Shown here: piece by piece, positions 45,201 through 56,276 of the stretch | Position numbering within the stretch: position 1 is the first letter of the stretch | Layout: every line of letters begins with the position of its first letter | NCBI RefSeq assembly: GCF_902459465.1 | Contig: NC_047077.1 | Location: 10,416,001-10,480,000 of the forward strand | Length of the DNA: 64,000 nucleotides | Reading direction: 5' to 3' | Source: Asterias rubens | Taxonomy: Eukaryota | Notes under the pieces: model-generated | The model's input: only the letters and a program-made list of their open reading frames with translations | Database searches by the model: none | Told to the model about the DNA's origin: nothing | Program-made: the position numbers and the translations under genes

Positions 45201-45986
45201 ACTTACCAGCGTTTTAGAAGACAACATTATAACGGGTACCAGTCTATGTGGTTCCTAGCATCCCCAACACCAACTATTACAGTTCACTGTATTCACGGGC
45301 CATGTGCGTATAGCCTGAACATCTGACGTCACCAGACAGGAACATTTTGTTCCTAACATCCCTATAGTTTATAAGTTCTTTTGTATTCAGGGGTCATGTA
45401 CACTAGAACCTCTGACGTCACAAGAAAAGGAACCAATCTAAGTGCTTTTCTGTATAGACAGTGTCTCGGGGAATTCCTTCCACCGGAGATTCGGTCCTCC
45501 ATACGGGGAATTAACATGGGCTGGAAGAGAACCGTATCACAAGAGGCTAGAAGATTGTTCATTTTGCCATGTGGAACATAATCTCCGGGGGTGAGGGAGA
45601 CAGAATCTCCTGCCATGCCACAACGACACTCAGTTTAAAGAGCTACACCTCACAAATAATTATTTCCTTTCTATACACACAGTGGATTTGCCATCAATCT
45701 TGGAGCTGCCGTCACAGTCCTCGCCGCCTCACTCCTCGGCATTCCAGTCAGCACCACTCACTGCCTGGTCGGCTCGGTGGCTTGCGTCGGGTTCATGAGA
45801 GCACGTAAGGCAATGGACTTTAAACTCTTCACTGGTATCGTCAGTGCCTGGATCATCACTCTACCAGTCACTGTTTTGCTGTCTGCTGCCCTCATGGGGC
45901 TGATTCAACACGCAGTACCCGGCGGATGTAATCTCGTACGGATGCAGTACAACGGCACCAATACATCGACGACAATGGCTTATTGA
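36225..45986 (+). CDS. SLC20: SLC20/PiT-family inorganic phosphate transporter, paralogue B, 11 coding exons, 551 aa
   Basis: Exons 36225-36395, 37389-37539, 38627-38767, 39620-39705, 40237-40333, 41226-41345, 42570-42656, 43391-43537, 43998-44166, 44828-45010, 45683-45986; GT-AG, 1656 nt, in frame. Exons 2-5 have the same lengths as paralogue A (151/141/86/97). Motifs [38 protein letters not shown]. Kozak cgccATGG; an acceptor at 36196-36197 implies an unlocated upstream non-coding exon. Loop exons 7-8 are less certain. Confidence 0.92.
36447..36809. mobile_element. Kolobok-like MITE family A, full length (SLC20-B first coding intron)
   Basis: Perfect TIRs with TTAA at 36443-36446 and 36810-36813. 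Confidence 0.92.
37655..37907. mobile_element. Kolobok-like MITE family A, partial, reverse
   Basis: Ends gtgtccactgcct+TTAA. Confidence 0.8.
38122..38360. mobile_element. Harbinger-like MITE family B
   Basis: CTG-ggcccaatttcatgg...ccatgaaattgggtc-CCG. Confidence 0.85.
38985..39380 (-). mobile_element. Full-length tRNA-head Deu-domain SINE with L2-like tail
   Basis: Minus strand shows A/B boxes, then gtccttcggatgg..gacgtaaagccg..taaaagaacccagtgcacttatcgaaaagagaaggggttcgccccagtgttcctggc (resembles the AmnSINE1/DeuSINE core as I recall it), then an aggcgctctgg...aaaaggcgc tail and TTA repeats. Confidence 0.75.
41366..42256. mobile_element. Family A MITE with an internal 9 x 64-bp tandem amplification
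   Basis: TTAA-aggcag with 16 nt of the TIR deleted. Units at about 41368, 41432, 41496, 41560, 41624, 41688, 41752, 41816 and 41880, then the normal family A body. Confidence 0.92.
42728..43106. mobile_element. Kolobok-like MITE family G
   Basis: Ends caaaaagtacatagaccct+TTAA; inverted homologue at 56815-57171. Confidence 0.8.
44395..44745 (-). mobile_element. Deu-domain SINE copy
   Basis: Homologous to 38985-39380 (tccttcggatgagacgtaaagccgcgagtcccgtgtgttgtgtaacgcacgtaaaacacacttatcgaaaaa on the minus strand). Confidence 0.72.
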
Positions 45987-46047
45987 ACGGATCCCTGGAC
46001 TCTCAGTATAGATGGATTGCATAATGACGTCATTGACCGCCATCTTT

Positions 46048-46475
46048 GAGCAAGTTCGGGTGGCGACTAGACTTGACCACACCGACTAGACTAACCAGAA
46101 ACCATAGAGCATAGGGGGGTTGACTATGGGTGCGTTCAATTAGCTTACCTGGGTCGATCCCACGGTGCTCACTCGGGCGAGCCACTGTCATGAGCTAGTC
46201 GAACGATCACACTCGCACTCCCGTGGTGGCGTCATGCACCTCGGGTCACCCCCAAGTGTGACCCACTCCACAAGCAGGGCACTAGGGGCTGAACCGGGTG
46301 AGCCCCTGGAATGAAGTCAAAGCTATTCGAACGCACCGGGGGAAGACCGGTGTTGACGACCCACGGAAGCTAATCGAACTCACCCAGAATTCAACCATGC
46401 ACAGGACACATGGTCGATATGGTCAAATCGAGAGCTACGTCAGTATCAAGTGTAGTCACTCATCCGAACTTGCTC
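46048..46475. mobile_element. Family F element (TTT flanks) with a nested palindromic family E MITE at 46128-46385
   Basis: TTT-GAGCAAGTTCGG...CCGAACTTGCTC-TTT; inner gggtgcgttcaattagctt...aagctaatcgaactcaccc. Confidence 0.75.
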
Positions 46476-47224
46476 TTTGGTGTATTCAAACAATGGAAAA
46501 TTTGCACGCATGTTACGTGCTGCACTCGACTCTCTCAGCCAATAGGAGCCTTTCATGCGTGTACATTTCATCAAAGATTGCGGCAAGTACATGGGGTATA
46601 TATTCTACAGCATCCTCAAAAACGCCGGCCAATTTCCTCCTTTATAGCTCACCAATCCGTCAACGAGTTTCTAACTTTTCAAATGAAGGTATTCCACTTT
46701 CAAGTAACGTCTACACAAGCTTGCACTTTCCACGTGGTCAGTGCACATTGGCGGTACAGTATTATCCACCACCCTGTATTACACTATTAATAATAAAATA
46801 AAATAAAACATAAACTGCACCTACATAATGGGGCGAACTTGTATATATACTGGAGGTAGTCGCCCTTAAAAGAAAAACAAACCACGTTAGTTTTATCATT
46901 TTCTTCCAAACCAACCGAATATGAAATGTATTGGTAACTTCACCACGAGGCTGAAGTACCAATAGTTTCTGTAGTCCTCAAGTTGATACCCCAATGACTG
47001 ATTTAACAATATCATATCAGACATGGGTACAGTGAAGTTTCTTGAATGGCTGTCCAGAAACAAATTTCTTGTAGTCAGCACAACACCTTGCTTAGGTTTA
47101 TCTGCTTACAGAGCGGCCCATAAGCAGAGTGTCGATTTCCTCTAGCCAACACTCAAGGTGGTAAGTTCCATCTAAGAATGGTTTTATTAATATTAATAAA
47201 CATAATTATTGATTTGGTCTCCAG

Positions 47225-47694
47225 GGCCCAATTTCATAGCGCTGCTTACCGTAAGCTCATAAAAAGGCATGCTAACCTTCCGGTGCTTACTATTAAATGA
47301 TGTCACAATGCAAATCCATGGTGAACGTGCAATATGGCCGCCTATTTTTTCTCCTAACCTGTGAAATACGCTTGCACCTTATCAATTTCTTCTTCTACAG
47401 TGAGCACGAAAATTTGCTTACTGTTAAGCAGCGCTATAAAATTAGGCCTAGGGCCCAATTTCATAGAGCTGCTAAGCACACACATTTTCTTAGCATGAAA
47501 TTTCTTTCTTGATTAAAACGGGATTTTCAACCGAGTTTCCCTTTGTTGCATAATTGCTTGTTACTGGTATTCAGCTGTTGTTGTTTGCTTAACCTGAAAA
47601 TCACGTGAAATTTGGTTGGAATCCTGTTTTTATCAAGAAATAATTTTCATGATAAGCAAACTTTTTGTGCTAGGCAGCTCTATGAATTTGGGCC
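47225..47694. mobile_element. Two head-to-tail Harbinger-like MITEs (47225-47448, 47452-47694)
   Basis: CAG-[ggcccaatttcatag..taggcc]-TAG-[ggcccaatttcatag..tttgggcc]-CAG. Confidence 0.8.
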
Positions 47695-48059
47695 CAGATG
47701 ACGAGCTGATTATTTTTTTGCTCTTAATGGCTTATTTCGGGCCCGATAGGTTTACACATTGTCGTTCGCTGCACGTTTACAAGTTTTTATATCCACATCG
47801 TTCCAAATCTTCAAGCATCACTAAATAGTTGAATTATAATTAAATAATAAAATTGTTCTATTTTTGTTTGCTCTTCTTTATCCTGTAATGTTAGGCGTAT
47901 AGCCACCTTGTTTTGGTTTGTGATACAATCATGTATAGTATGTAAATTTTGCATTGTTTAAGAAATTTCTCCATGTTTCAATATTTCTGAACTTCTGAAT
48001 GAAATAATATGTATAACTGAAATAATAAAGAATACAGATTTAAATTGAACGGCTGTCTT

Positions 48060-48375
48060 GATGGATTTGTATAAAGACGTTGCTTGTTCCCCAACTATCA
48101 GAAAGATAGATATACGTGTAGTAATTATTTATTCAATTTCAAATTTAATAGACTTCATGGTTGATAAAGACGTTACTTGTTCCTCAAAAAATAGAAATCT
48201 TGGTATAGAATATAACTCCAATTGGAACAGTTGTCATTGTGGATTTATAAGGAGTTGTTGCTTGTTCCTCATATATTTGAAGAAAACAAATACTGATATA
48301 GAATATTACGTTTTCAAATGTAAATGTGTTCTTTAGGACTTGTTTAAAAACGTTGCTTGTTCCCAGACTATTTTA
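48060..48375. repeat. Degenerate repeat x4 with a period of about 91 bp
   Basis: Core ..acgttgcttgttcc at about 48076, 48169, 48254 and 48349. Confidence 0.6.
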
Positions 48376-48945
48376 AAAGATTATTCTTGCAGTCAATTTA
48401 AAAGGAGGAGCGGGACTTGTTTCGGGTGGGGGCGGGCCCCTGGTGGCCCTCATTTAAAATATAGACGTTTAAGATTCCGCAAAGGGTTTTATATTCTTGA
48501 GCCTAATATAAGGTATGTTCATTGGTTTAAGCTTTTACACGCGCGCAATGTAAAATACTGCCTCCATTCCATACTTTTTGTACAACAACAAAAACAGTAA
48601 CATGACACATAAAGCAAACATTGAAAGGGACTTATCAGGGAAAACGCACACTGCAACTAATTAGAACTATCTCCGAAGTCCCCCGAGAAGAGCTATTTTT
48701 TGTGCATTCCCTGCTGTGGCCCCCAAAAGTGTACCCTTAAAAAATTAGCGCTGCGACACACAACGTTCCCAAAATACTAGGGGAGTGTTGTCTGGAACTG
48801 TGGGGTCAACTTGATTTCACAAGAGCACATAATAATATTTGTCGAAATTATGATTATGAGTTGTCAACATTCAAACAGTGATTTGTATTGTGACGTCCAA
48901 CTTTGCTTAGCAATTCAGACTCATTCGCAGTTGAGATCAATCTTT

Positions 48946-49119
48946 GGCCCTTTTCGAAACCACAGCTTGTTTTCGGCTTTTGATTCGGCTTGAGGCTCCG
49001 TTCCTCTCGTCTAAAGCCCTGAGCGTATGCACAAAGCACGCGCAATTGTCAAAACAACCGGCGGGGCCAAGCTAGCCTGAGCCGAATCCAAAGCCGAAGC
49101 CGTCGTTTCGAAAAGGGCC
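48946..49119. mobile_element. Small hairpin MITE family I
   Basis: ggcccttttcgaaaccacag...gtcgtttcgaaaagggcc. Confidence 0.75.
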
Positions 49120-49184
49120 TATTAAATTAGTTTTTTGTAAAAGCGGTCTCTCAGATCTCCTTTGGGTCTGAACCGACGGCTTAA

Positions 49185-49528
49185 AGCCATTGGACCCTTT
49201 CGGTTAACAGTGTTGTCCAAGGCCCACACTTTGTGTACCACAACTTCTATATCAAATAACAAACCTGTGAAAATTTAGGCTCAATCGGTCATCGGAGTCG
49301 GGAGAAAACAACGGAAAAACCCGCCCTTGTTTCCGCGCGTTTCGCCGTGTCATGACATGTGTTTCAAATAAATCCGTAATTCTCGTTTGTTTTGCTGTTT
49401 TCTCAAAAAGTAAAGCATTTCATGGAATAATATTTCAAGAGAAATCTTTCACCATTGCCTTCTGTAAACCCTGTAAGTTATTTGAAAATCTGTGAACTTT
49501 TTTTTTTAACCGAAAGGGTCCAATGGCT
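49185..49528. mobile_element. Kolobok-like MITE family D, full length
   Basis: TTAA-AGCCATTGGACCCTTTCGGTT...AACCGAAAGGGTCCAATGGCT-TTAA. Confidence 0.92.
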
Positions 49529-49800
49529 TTAACGAGGACATAGTGCAAGATGAACGCGTCTGAGTCAGATAACATCAACTTTAAAGTTGTTTTTGACTCT
49601 GTGTACTCTTTGTTCAAACAGACCAATAAGTATACAATGTGTGTACATGTCTGATAATGACCTCTACAGTATATCCTGGTGTTTATTACCTGTATGTACA
49701 ATCGGTAGGGACGGGGCTGCTCCCAGGAAATATTGACCATTGTTATAAAGACACTGGATACATACATTGTCGTCTCACTTGGTGCATGGAGGTGCTTATG

Positions 49801-49985
49801 CTTGGTGTATCTCAACATAAATGTTTATATTCATAAAATTAACCTGTGAACATTTGAACTCAGTTGGTCGTTGAAGTTGCGAGAGAGTGATGGAAGGAAA
49901 AACAGTCTAGTCGCCCAAATTGTGTGCTTTCAAATGCTTGAATTCGAGACCTCAGCTGAGGTCTCGAACTCAATTCAAATATCTT
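49801..49985. mobile_element. Diverged family A-related fragment
   Basis: ggtgtatctcaacat...aacctgtgaa...ttcgagacctcagctgaggtctcgaa. Confidence 0.6.
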
Positions 49986-50297
49986 GGTCCGCAAATGACT
50001 TACGTGCAGCTCCATGGTGCAGGTGACCTGGGCCCAAACATTAAGTTAATTTGACTCTGTGTTCAAACAAAGCAATGAAACTGTCTTTGTGTACATTTCT
50101 GATAACGGCATCAATTCTTCTATTTATTAGGTATAATGTCCAAAATGTCTAAAGGTTTAGGCAACAGGCACTGTGTGGGTTAGAGAGCTGTCCACATAAT
50201 AAAAAAGATTGTTGTTTAACACATTTTTTTAACGCTAAGAATCAAAAGAGAATCTCGTCAGAAAATGACTTGGTATAAACTTTGTCCGAGTGACCTG

Positions 50298-50547
50298 GGC
50301 CCAATTTCATAAAGCTGTTTAGCAGAAAGCTGTTTGGCAGAAGAAAAACCTGCTCGGCACAGTTCTTTGCTAAGCGAAAAAAAGGAGTGAGATACCAGTT
50401 GCAACTAAAATGTAAACTTGATGGAAATTCGACTGACAACATGTTTCTGCTGTAAGCAAGGTTTTTCTGTGCTTAGGCAAGGTTTTTCTGTGCTTATGCA
50501 AGGTTTTTCTGGCTTAGCATGTGCTTGCAAGGTTTATGAATTTTGCC
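50298..50547. mobile_element. Harbinger-like MITE with an internal 20-bp repeat
   Basis: CTG-ggcccaatttcataaagc...atgaattttgcc-CAG; gcaaggtttttctgtgctta about x3. Confidence 0.7.
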
Positions 50548-50966
50548 CAGATGAAATGACAACTATAGCATAGTCCCCCAAAGGTAAATAATGTCAATTC
50601 AAAGAAACTCTATAAACTTGACTAAAGTTCAAATTTATTCCAAAAAGTATAAGATATTAAGTTAAGGTTTGCTGTAAAAACATGATACCAAGTTCTTTTA
50701 AGTTTGACATCTGTCAACGTGTATGTCAACTTGAAACACAAGTTGTCGAAACACAAGTTGTCGAAAACGAAAACCCTATACTCAAGAGAGAATTCCACAA
50801 GGTGCAAAGTTTCAACTCCTACTTAACAATATAATTTAGAACAAAACCATTGATGTCATTTCCTTAGATCATCACATTTCAGCCCTTTCCGAACCCAAAA
50901 TACAAGTTTAAATTAAATCATTGTAAAATTTGATTTCTTCAACTTTAATCACAGTTTTATTGTTAA

Positions 50967-51357
50967 AGTAACATTAAAAATATGGTAAGAAAAAAATTCG
51001 TCGACGATCACAGATTTACATAAAACGTACACGGTCTAATGATGATGATAGTAGAAAAACATCCCTTGAAATATTTATGTCTGAAATGTCATATTATTTT
51101 AAAGAGAAATAAATAAAAATTGTTTCCTGTTAGGGGTTTATCGCTCAGTGAGCGTTTTATTCCCCCCTTTTTTTAATCGATGTCATGTCATGTCAAAAAT
51201 ATATAGTCGATTTCACTATTCTCTCGTGACCCAGATGGCCGATCGATCTCAAACTTCTACAGGTTTGTCAGTTTATATATATGGTGGATTACATAGAGTG
51301 CTTACACTGTCAGCAACTGTTTTGTTAGCAAAAACTAAAATAATATGTAATGTTCCT
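50967..51357. mobile_element. Kolobok-like MITE family H, full length
   Basis: TTAA-AGTAACATT...AATGTTCCT-TTAA. Confidence 0.8.
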
Positions 51358-52060
51358 TTAAATTAAATCAGCCGAAACTTTGCAATGTGTCATTTTTTTA
51401 ACTGACAGTCCTGAGTACAAAAACCAAAACAAGGAAACAGTTATAGAACAAACAAAAAATCGGCAGAACTGTAAATAAAAACGCTAGATGAAACTATGTT
51501 ATTTAAGATAAGTTAGATTAAACTCTACTCAAAACTAGGATAGGAATGGTAATGTCGTTAGCAGCAATTTAGAATATATTATTTTATTTTAGTTTTGTTT
51601 CAGTTTATTTGTTTTGAAAGTCATGTATTATTAAAATAAGCTACCGATACATATTTGGTAATGTCTTGATTTCAACATAAAATTAATGTGCATACAATTT
51701 AGACATAGGGCAATCGTCGACGTTTCGCATTATGGTCTTCATCGTTCAAACTGTCCATCCGTGCTATTACATTGGTGCTGTGCTGAATGTCAACCGACGT
51801 TTCTTCGATGTGGTTTTCGTCATCCGAAGAAGTTCCAAAAATCCCTTACTCTCAAACAAACCATGGCAGCTTTTCACTCCGGGTCTTCTGTGCTTGTCAC
51901 TGCCGAGGTGATGATGCACACGCATACTCAGCTGGTATTCTGCATTATCGTGTCTATTGGAATGTCTTGGTCGCTGGTCCTTATTTAAAGTGTCAAATTT
52001 GTGCCAGTTTCACCTTGCCCGTATAGTTAATCAGTAATCACAATCAACATAAAATCAGCT

Positions 52061-52260
52061 ATTATTATTAATTTTGGTTTTTACCCATACACCGATGTGT
52101 GTTAGCACTGTATACTCAGTACTTTCCCGAGTCCTGTGAAAAAAATATCACAGGCATGTTACTCGGGTGGGATTCGAACCCACGACCCTTGCAATTCTAG
52201 AGCAGTGTCTTACCAACTAAGACTACCGAGGTTGCCCGGCAGCTAGAGGCAGTTCGAATC
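52061..52260 (-). mobile_element. tRNA-derived SINE (second family)
   Basis: Minus strand has a tRNA-like head (gtctt/aagac D-arm, gtgggttcgaatcccac T-arm), a body, and a TAA-repeat tail; a deleted copy lies at 26650-26785. Confidence 0.7.
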
Positions 52261-52337
52261 CTATGTTTTTAACATCTATTACAGCTATGATTAGCTGTAG
52301 TTTCTACACCCTCTCGACTGGTTGGAAATGTCCACCC

Positions 52338-52676
52338 TTAGACGCGGGCCATAGACTCCCCTGCTCCCAACGGGGTATGAACGCCCATCTCCTGGGCACT
52401 CTGGATGACAGCACACGGTCCACAAAAGCAGATCATCACCAGATCGTTGACGAGGGTTCCGTCGATTCCTTTGCTCTCCCTGACTTTCCCCCTTGTGGTG
52501 ATGAGAGCCCAGATGTTCAGGAACGGCACGAACAAACTCAGGGCGCATATCAGACAGGTTCCGGCACCCACTGCCTCTGCCGTCTTGCCGTGGGTGTAGC
52601 ACGGCACGAAGTAGCTGAATACACACAGTCCGATGTTACTGAAGCATCCGAAGAGACCATTCTCAAACTGGGCCAT
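52338..52676 (-). CDS. PLAC8/cornifelin-family cysteine-rich small membrane protein, copy A (112 aa)
   Basis: MAQFENGLFGCFSNIGLCVFSYFVPCY.HGKTAE...TRGKVRESKGIDGTLVNDLVMICFCGPCAVIQSAQEM matches the PLAC8 pattern (GLFGCF..C....PC; R..+R...GI.G...D....C.C..C..Q...E). Acceptor tttacag lies 32 nt upstream of the ATG on the minus strand; a candidate upstream-exon donor lies near 54103. Confidence 0.88.
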   Translation of the reverse strand: MAQFENGLFGCFSNIGLCVFSYFVPCYTHGKTAEAVGAGTCLICALSLFVPFLNIWALITTRGKVRESKGIDGTLVNDLVMICFCGPCAVIQSAQEMGVHTPLGAGESMARV

Positions 52677-54809
52677 GATGATGATGTATAAAAACAGTCA
52701 CTTAAATTCTGTAAAGAGCAAAGAAACTCAAATCTCTGTTCGATTATTTTAGCCGGTGGGATGGGATCCTTGGGTTTTCTCAAAGCAACCTCGCCGTGCA
52801 CACTGCTCCAAGCCTCGGTGGGAAATGAAGGCGTTGTCCGCACTGGTATCAATCCCCGCTCTATGAACTTATCATAATTTGTGGTTAAAACTAGTCTTGA
52901 TTTCAACACCCTCCTAAGTCCAGTTGTGTAGTCACGAAAACATAATCGACTATACAAACCGGAGCTAGCGCTTCGTGGTAAGAAAGCGGTTACTGGAATG
53001 CTAGCGCCCTCTGGTGGCGAATGGTTCGTGGGGTGATCGGTATAGCTAACCATGGACCCAATTTCAAATTAAAAATCTGCTTAACAAGGGCTAGGTCTCT
53101 CTGTCCTTACTCTATGGTCTGATTAGCTGAAATGAGCAGGATAATAGTCTTAGATTGTACATGTGACAAGGTAAAGGCAGTTCTGATGGTAAACATACTC
53201 TGATAATAATTATGGTGTTTGGTTCAAGTAGCTCTATTAAATTGGGCACTGGGGTTTATGACTTCAAAAATATGGAGCGTCTTGGATCCAAGACTACAGT
53301 AAAACCCGCAATATTGTTTCTGTATCTTTGCTGCGGTCGCTATGTTTCAAACTATGACGTAATACTTCTCAGTCAGATTACATCTCTTGATCCTATTTCT
53401 GGAAGGGATTAAACGTAATCATTTGCATTCAGAATTGCATGCATGAATTGCTCTGAAATAAGATTGGTTTCTAATTCTCCATTGTTGGTTCTAATGCTTT
53501 AGAATGTGTGGGGAGGATATAATAAGGGGTTCGATGTGGACTTTGACCTCCACTCAAGAAATGTTTCAGAAATGTTATGTTAAGCAAACGGTTGAAGAAG
53601 CAATTGGAATGTGTGGGCTGGATCAAGGGGTGGCGATTTGGATTTTGTTCTGAACTCAATAAATATTTCGGACTTTAAAACAATCAGAGCACTATTAGAT
53701 GATGCCTCCAGACTAATGTGCTCAACCTCAAGAGGCAAATCGCTTTGCCCTGACATTGCCGTGGTATTGCTTGAATTTGTTTGTATAATAAATCGTTACT
53801 TTTACTCCTCTTGAAAAACCTATATACAGACTTTATTTGTTACGAATAATGTTAAGACGCTATAACCATTTAGCCGCTGGACCGCCCAGCCACCTAGAGC
53901 GATACACTGTATTGTGCGGTAGGAGGAAACCTCGCTATAGCTTTTGTTTGTAGAAAAATAAGAAACATCAAAATAAAACTAGGTAGTCAAAAGTAGGCCT
54001 AACGCATTGGTGAATCCATCTAGTTGTTTATAGATCATTATTAATTTTTCTCTTCACACTTGACTTGACGAAGCTAATGATGATGAAAACATTTAGCACT
54101 TACCGAACAAAACGCTTATTAGTAAACACAAAGGAAACTGTATTTATCATTCACGGTGATATTGTCGAAAACTTATGCCGTCGCAAATAATCAGCATTGA
54201 GCCAGATAAAAGCCTTGAAAAGCTATTGTATCCATTTTATCATTATACAAAAATAATCGCCATAAATATTACCGTAGGGGTTTTTATTGTTCCCCGATGA
54301 GGACTTGTACAAATATTACCAAAAGGGTCAAAAATTGTGCGTTTAATTATAAATAATAGGCCTTGGCTATCTTTAAAAAAATTGAACTACGATTTAATTA
54401 AAGTTACTGCAAGAATCTTGAAAAGAAAAACGAAATTATTTCGGCAAACTCGGGCGGTGCAGGGACTAGACGGATACGAAACCAAAATATATCTCTACGG
54501 GTATTTTTGTAGTAGCACAATGTCTTTTATTGTACGATGCATGCCTCTCCGGAATGATTCGCGTAGTGTTTTCATTGTTCGGGTATTATTAGTTGCAAAC
54601 CATGTATACGCTTGTTTGCCAAAATTAGAAGTATAAAACCTTGCACATACATGTGCATTCCCTGGGAGCGAGATACTACACTGACCATAATATTATTGTG
54701 TGTTTGACAAATTTAACAAGTGGTATAACTTCCATGAAAAGAGTTGTGAAAAACCAGATGGACAAGTTGTGGTAGTGCTCCTTATTAAACAGGAAAACAA
54801 ATTTACCTT

Positions 54810-55164
54810 TCGGAATATAAGAAAAAATAAAAATTCACAGATTTACAAATAACTTATAAGGGTTTCAAAAGGTAACGGTGAAAGACTTGTCTTGAAATAT
54901 TATTCCATGATTGAAATGCTTTATTTATTGAGAAAACATTTAAACAATATCAATTCTCGATATCGAGAATTGCGGATTTATTTTAAACACGTGCCATGAC
55001 ACGGCGAAACGTGCGGAAACAAGGGTGGGTTTTCCCGTTATTTTCTCCTGACTCCGATGACCAATTGAGCCTTAATTTTCACAGGTTTGTTATGTTATAT
55101 ATAAGTTGTGATACACGAAGTGTGGGCCTTGGATAATACTGTTTACCGAAAGTGTCCAATGGCT
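54810..55164. mobile_element. Kolobok-like MITE family D, reverse
   Basis: Reverse complement of 30410-30776; ends gtgtccaatggct. Confidence 0.8.
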
Positions 55165-56028
55165 AATGTGTGTTTGTTTTCTTCCATTTAGCTATGTGTA
55201 TAAATCGTGCCTTCAGGATGTGTCGGTATGGCCGGAGATTCTCTCACCCCCATAAAGACAAACTGTGAACAAACTTCTCCTGATAGCGCCCTCTTTGGAA
55301 TCATTCTCATTCAGCCCTTCGCTTGTCCCCATCCAGCGCCTTGCTTTAACCAAAGGCGCTGGGATGGGCAAACGCATCATGCACGCACATTAGTTTAATA
55401 ATGCGCAGTCCCAGCATGCATCACACTCACACTGCACCATTGATCTCCATTATCAGTATAATGGAGATCAATGCACTGCACCATATTTCTACATTAGCCC
55501 ATCCCAGCGGTCCTGGATAGACTGGCCGCTGGGGCCGAGCGAAATTCAGCCCATGTTAACTTCCCATAATGGGGACAGATTATCCGGCGGGCGGACTTCC
55601 CTAACAATAGGATACCAGCTTTGTAGCTATTTTAGTACAGATGTGACGTCACGGGGTTATGGTCAATAATAGAACTCCGAAACTTCGTATGTATTTCATC
55701 CTTGGTCTTTACACGAATATTACCTATCAGGCTAAAGCCTGTAAGTCAATAAATTGTATCCGCCCCGTTCAATGTCCAACCGGACTCAACAGCAACACAC
55801 TTACTAGTGCGTAACTCTATCAATTTGTTTGTATTTAGTATGTACATAATGGAGGTAGAAATATAATTATACATGTAAAGTATATAGCCAAATCCTCCCA
55901 TAGACCAATCAATTGCATTTTAAATCATTTCAAATGACCATTAAGAAAATAATGCTCCCTGTTGATCTGTTTTTGTTTAAAGTTTTTTTGTTGATGTAAC
56001 TACATGGTTTTTCTTATTAAAAGTACTG

Positions 56029-56172
56029 CCGTCGATTTCACAAAGAGTTAGGACGAGTAACTCTTCCTAACTTAGGATTAATCTTAAGGTATGCATGCTA
56101 CAGTGCAGGCTACAGTGCAGTGCAAGTCCTAAGATTAGTCTTAAGTTAGGAATAGTTTTGTGAAATCGACGG
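56029..56172. mobile_element. Harbinger-like MITE with a perfect CTG TSD
   Basis: CTG-CCGTCGATTTCACAAA...TTTGTGAAATCGACGG-CTG. Confidence 0.8.
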
Positions 56173-56276
56173 CTGGCTTCTGATAAGTTATTTAGCACAC
56201 CTGTCCGTCCAGCGCTACGAAACACTTCAAAAAAAAAGTAATAAGCCAAAAATGGGGGGGGGGGGGGGTACATTAA

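Noticed and set aside
19313-45986. One SLC20 paralogue being a pseudogene
   Set aside because: Both splice models are fully in frame, without stops, and keep the N- and C-terminal signature motifs.
46298-46801. 167-aa ORF downstream of SLC20-B
   Set aside because: It starts at GTG inside nested MITEs and has no recognisable domain.
48060-48375. Repeat-spacer geometry resembling CRISPR
   Set aside because: Cores are degenerate, spacing is irregular and the context is eukaryotic; kept only as a decayed repeat.
52155-52240. Possible tRNA gene (Leu-TAG or amber CTA suppressor) on the minus strand
   Set aside because: The D- and T-arms pair, but the anticodon stem does not and the acceptor stem is only 5 bp. 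It continues into a SINE body and tail and has a second, deleted copy.
52263-53053. ORFs of 142, 111 and 167 aa overlapping PLAC8-A
   Set aside because: Antisense or alternative-frame shadows of the real CDS, with no motifs. The same applies to the shadow ORFs over tbr exons 1 and 6 and over PLAC8-B.
55438-55473. Perfect 16-bp hairpin (possible pre-miRNA or terminator)
   Set aside because: It is the centre of a larger inverted-repeat structure (about 55355-55510) typical of a MITE, and is too short for a pre-miRNA.
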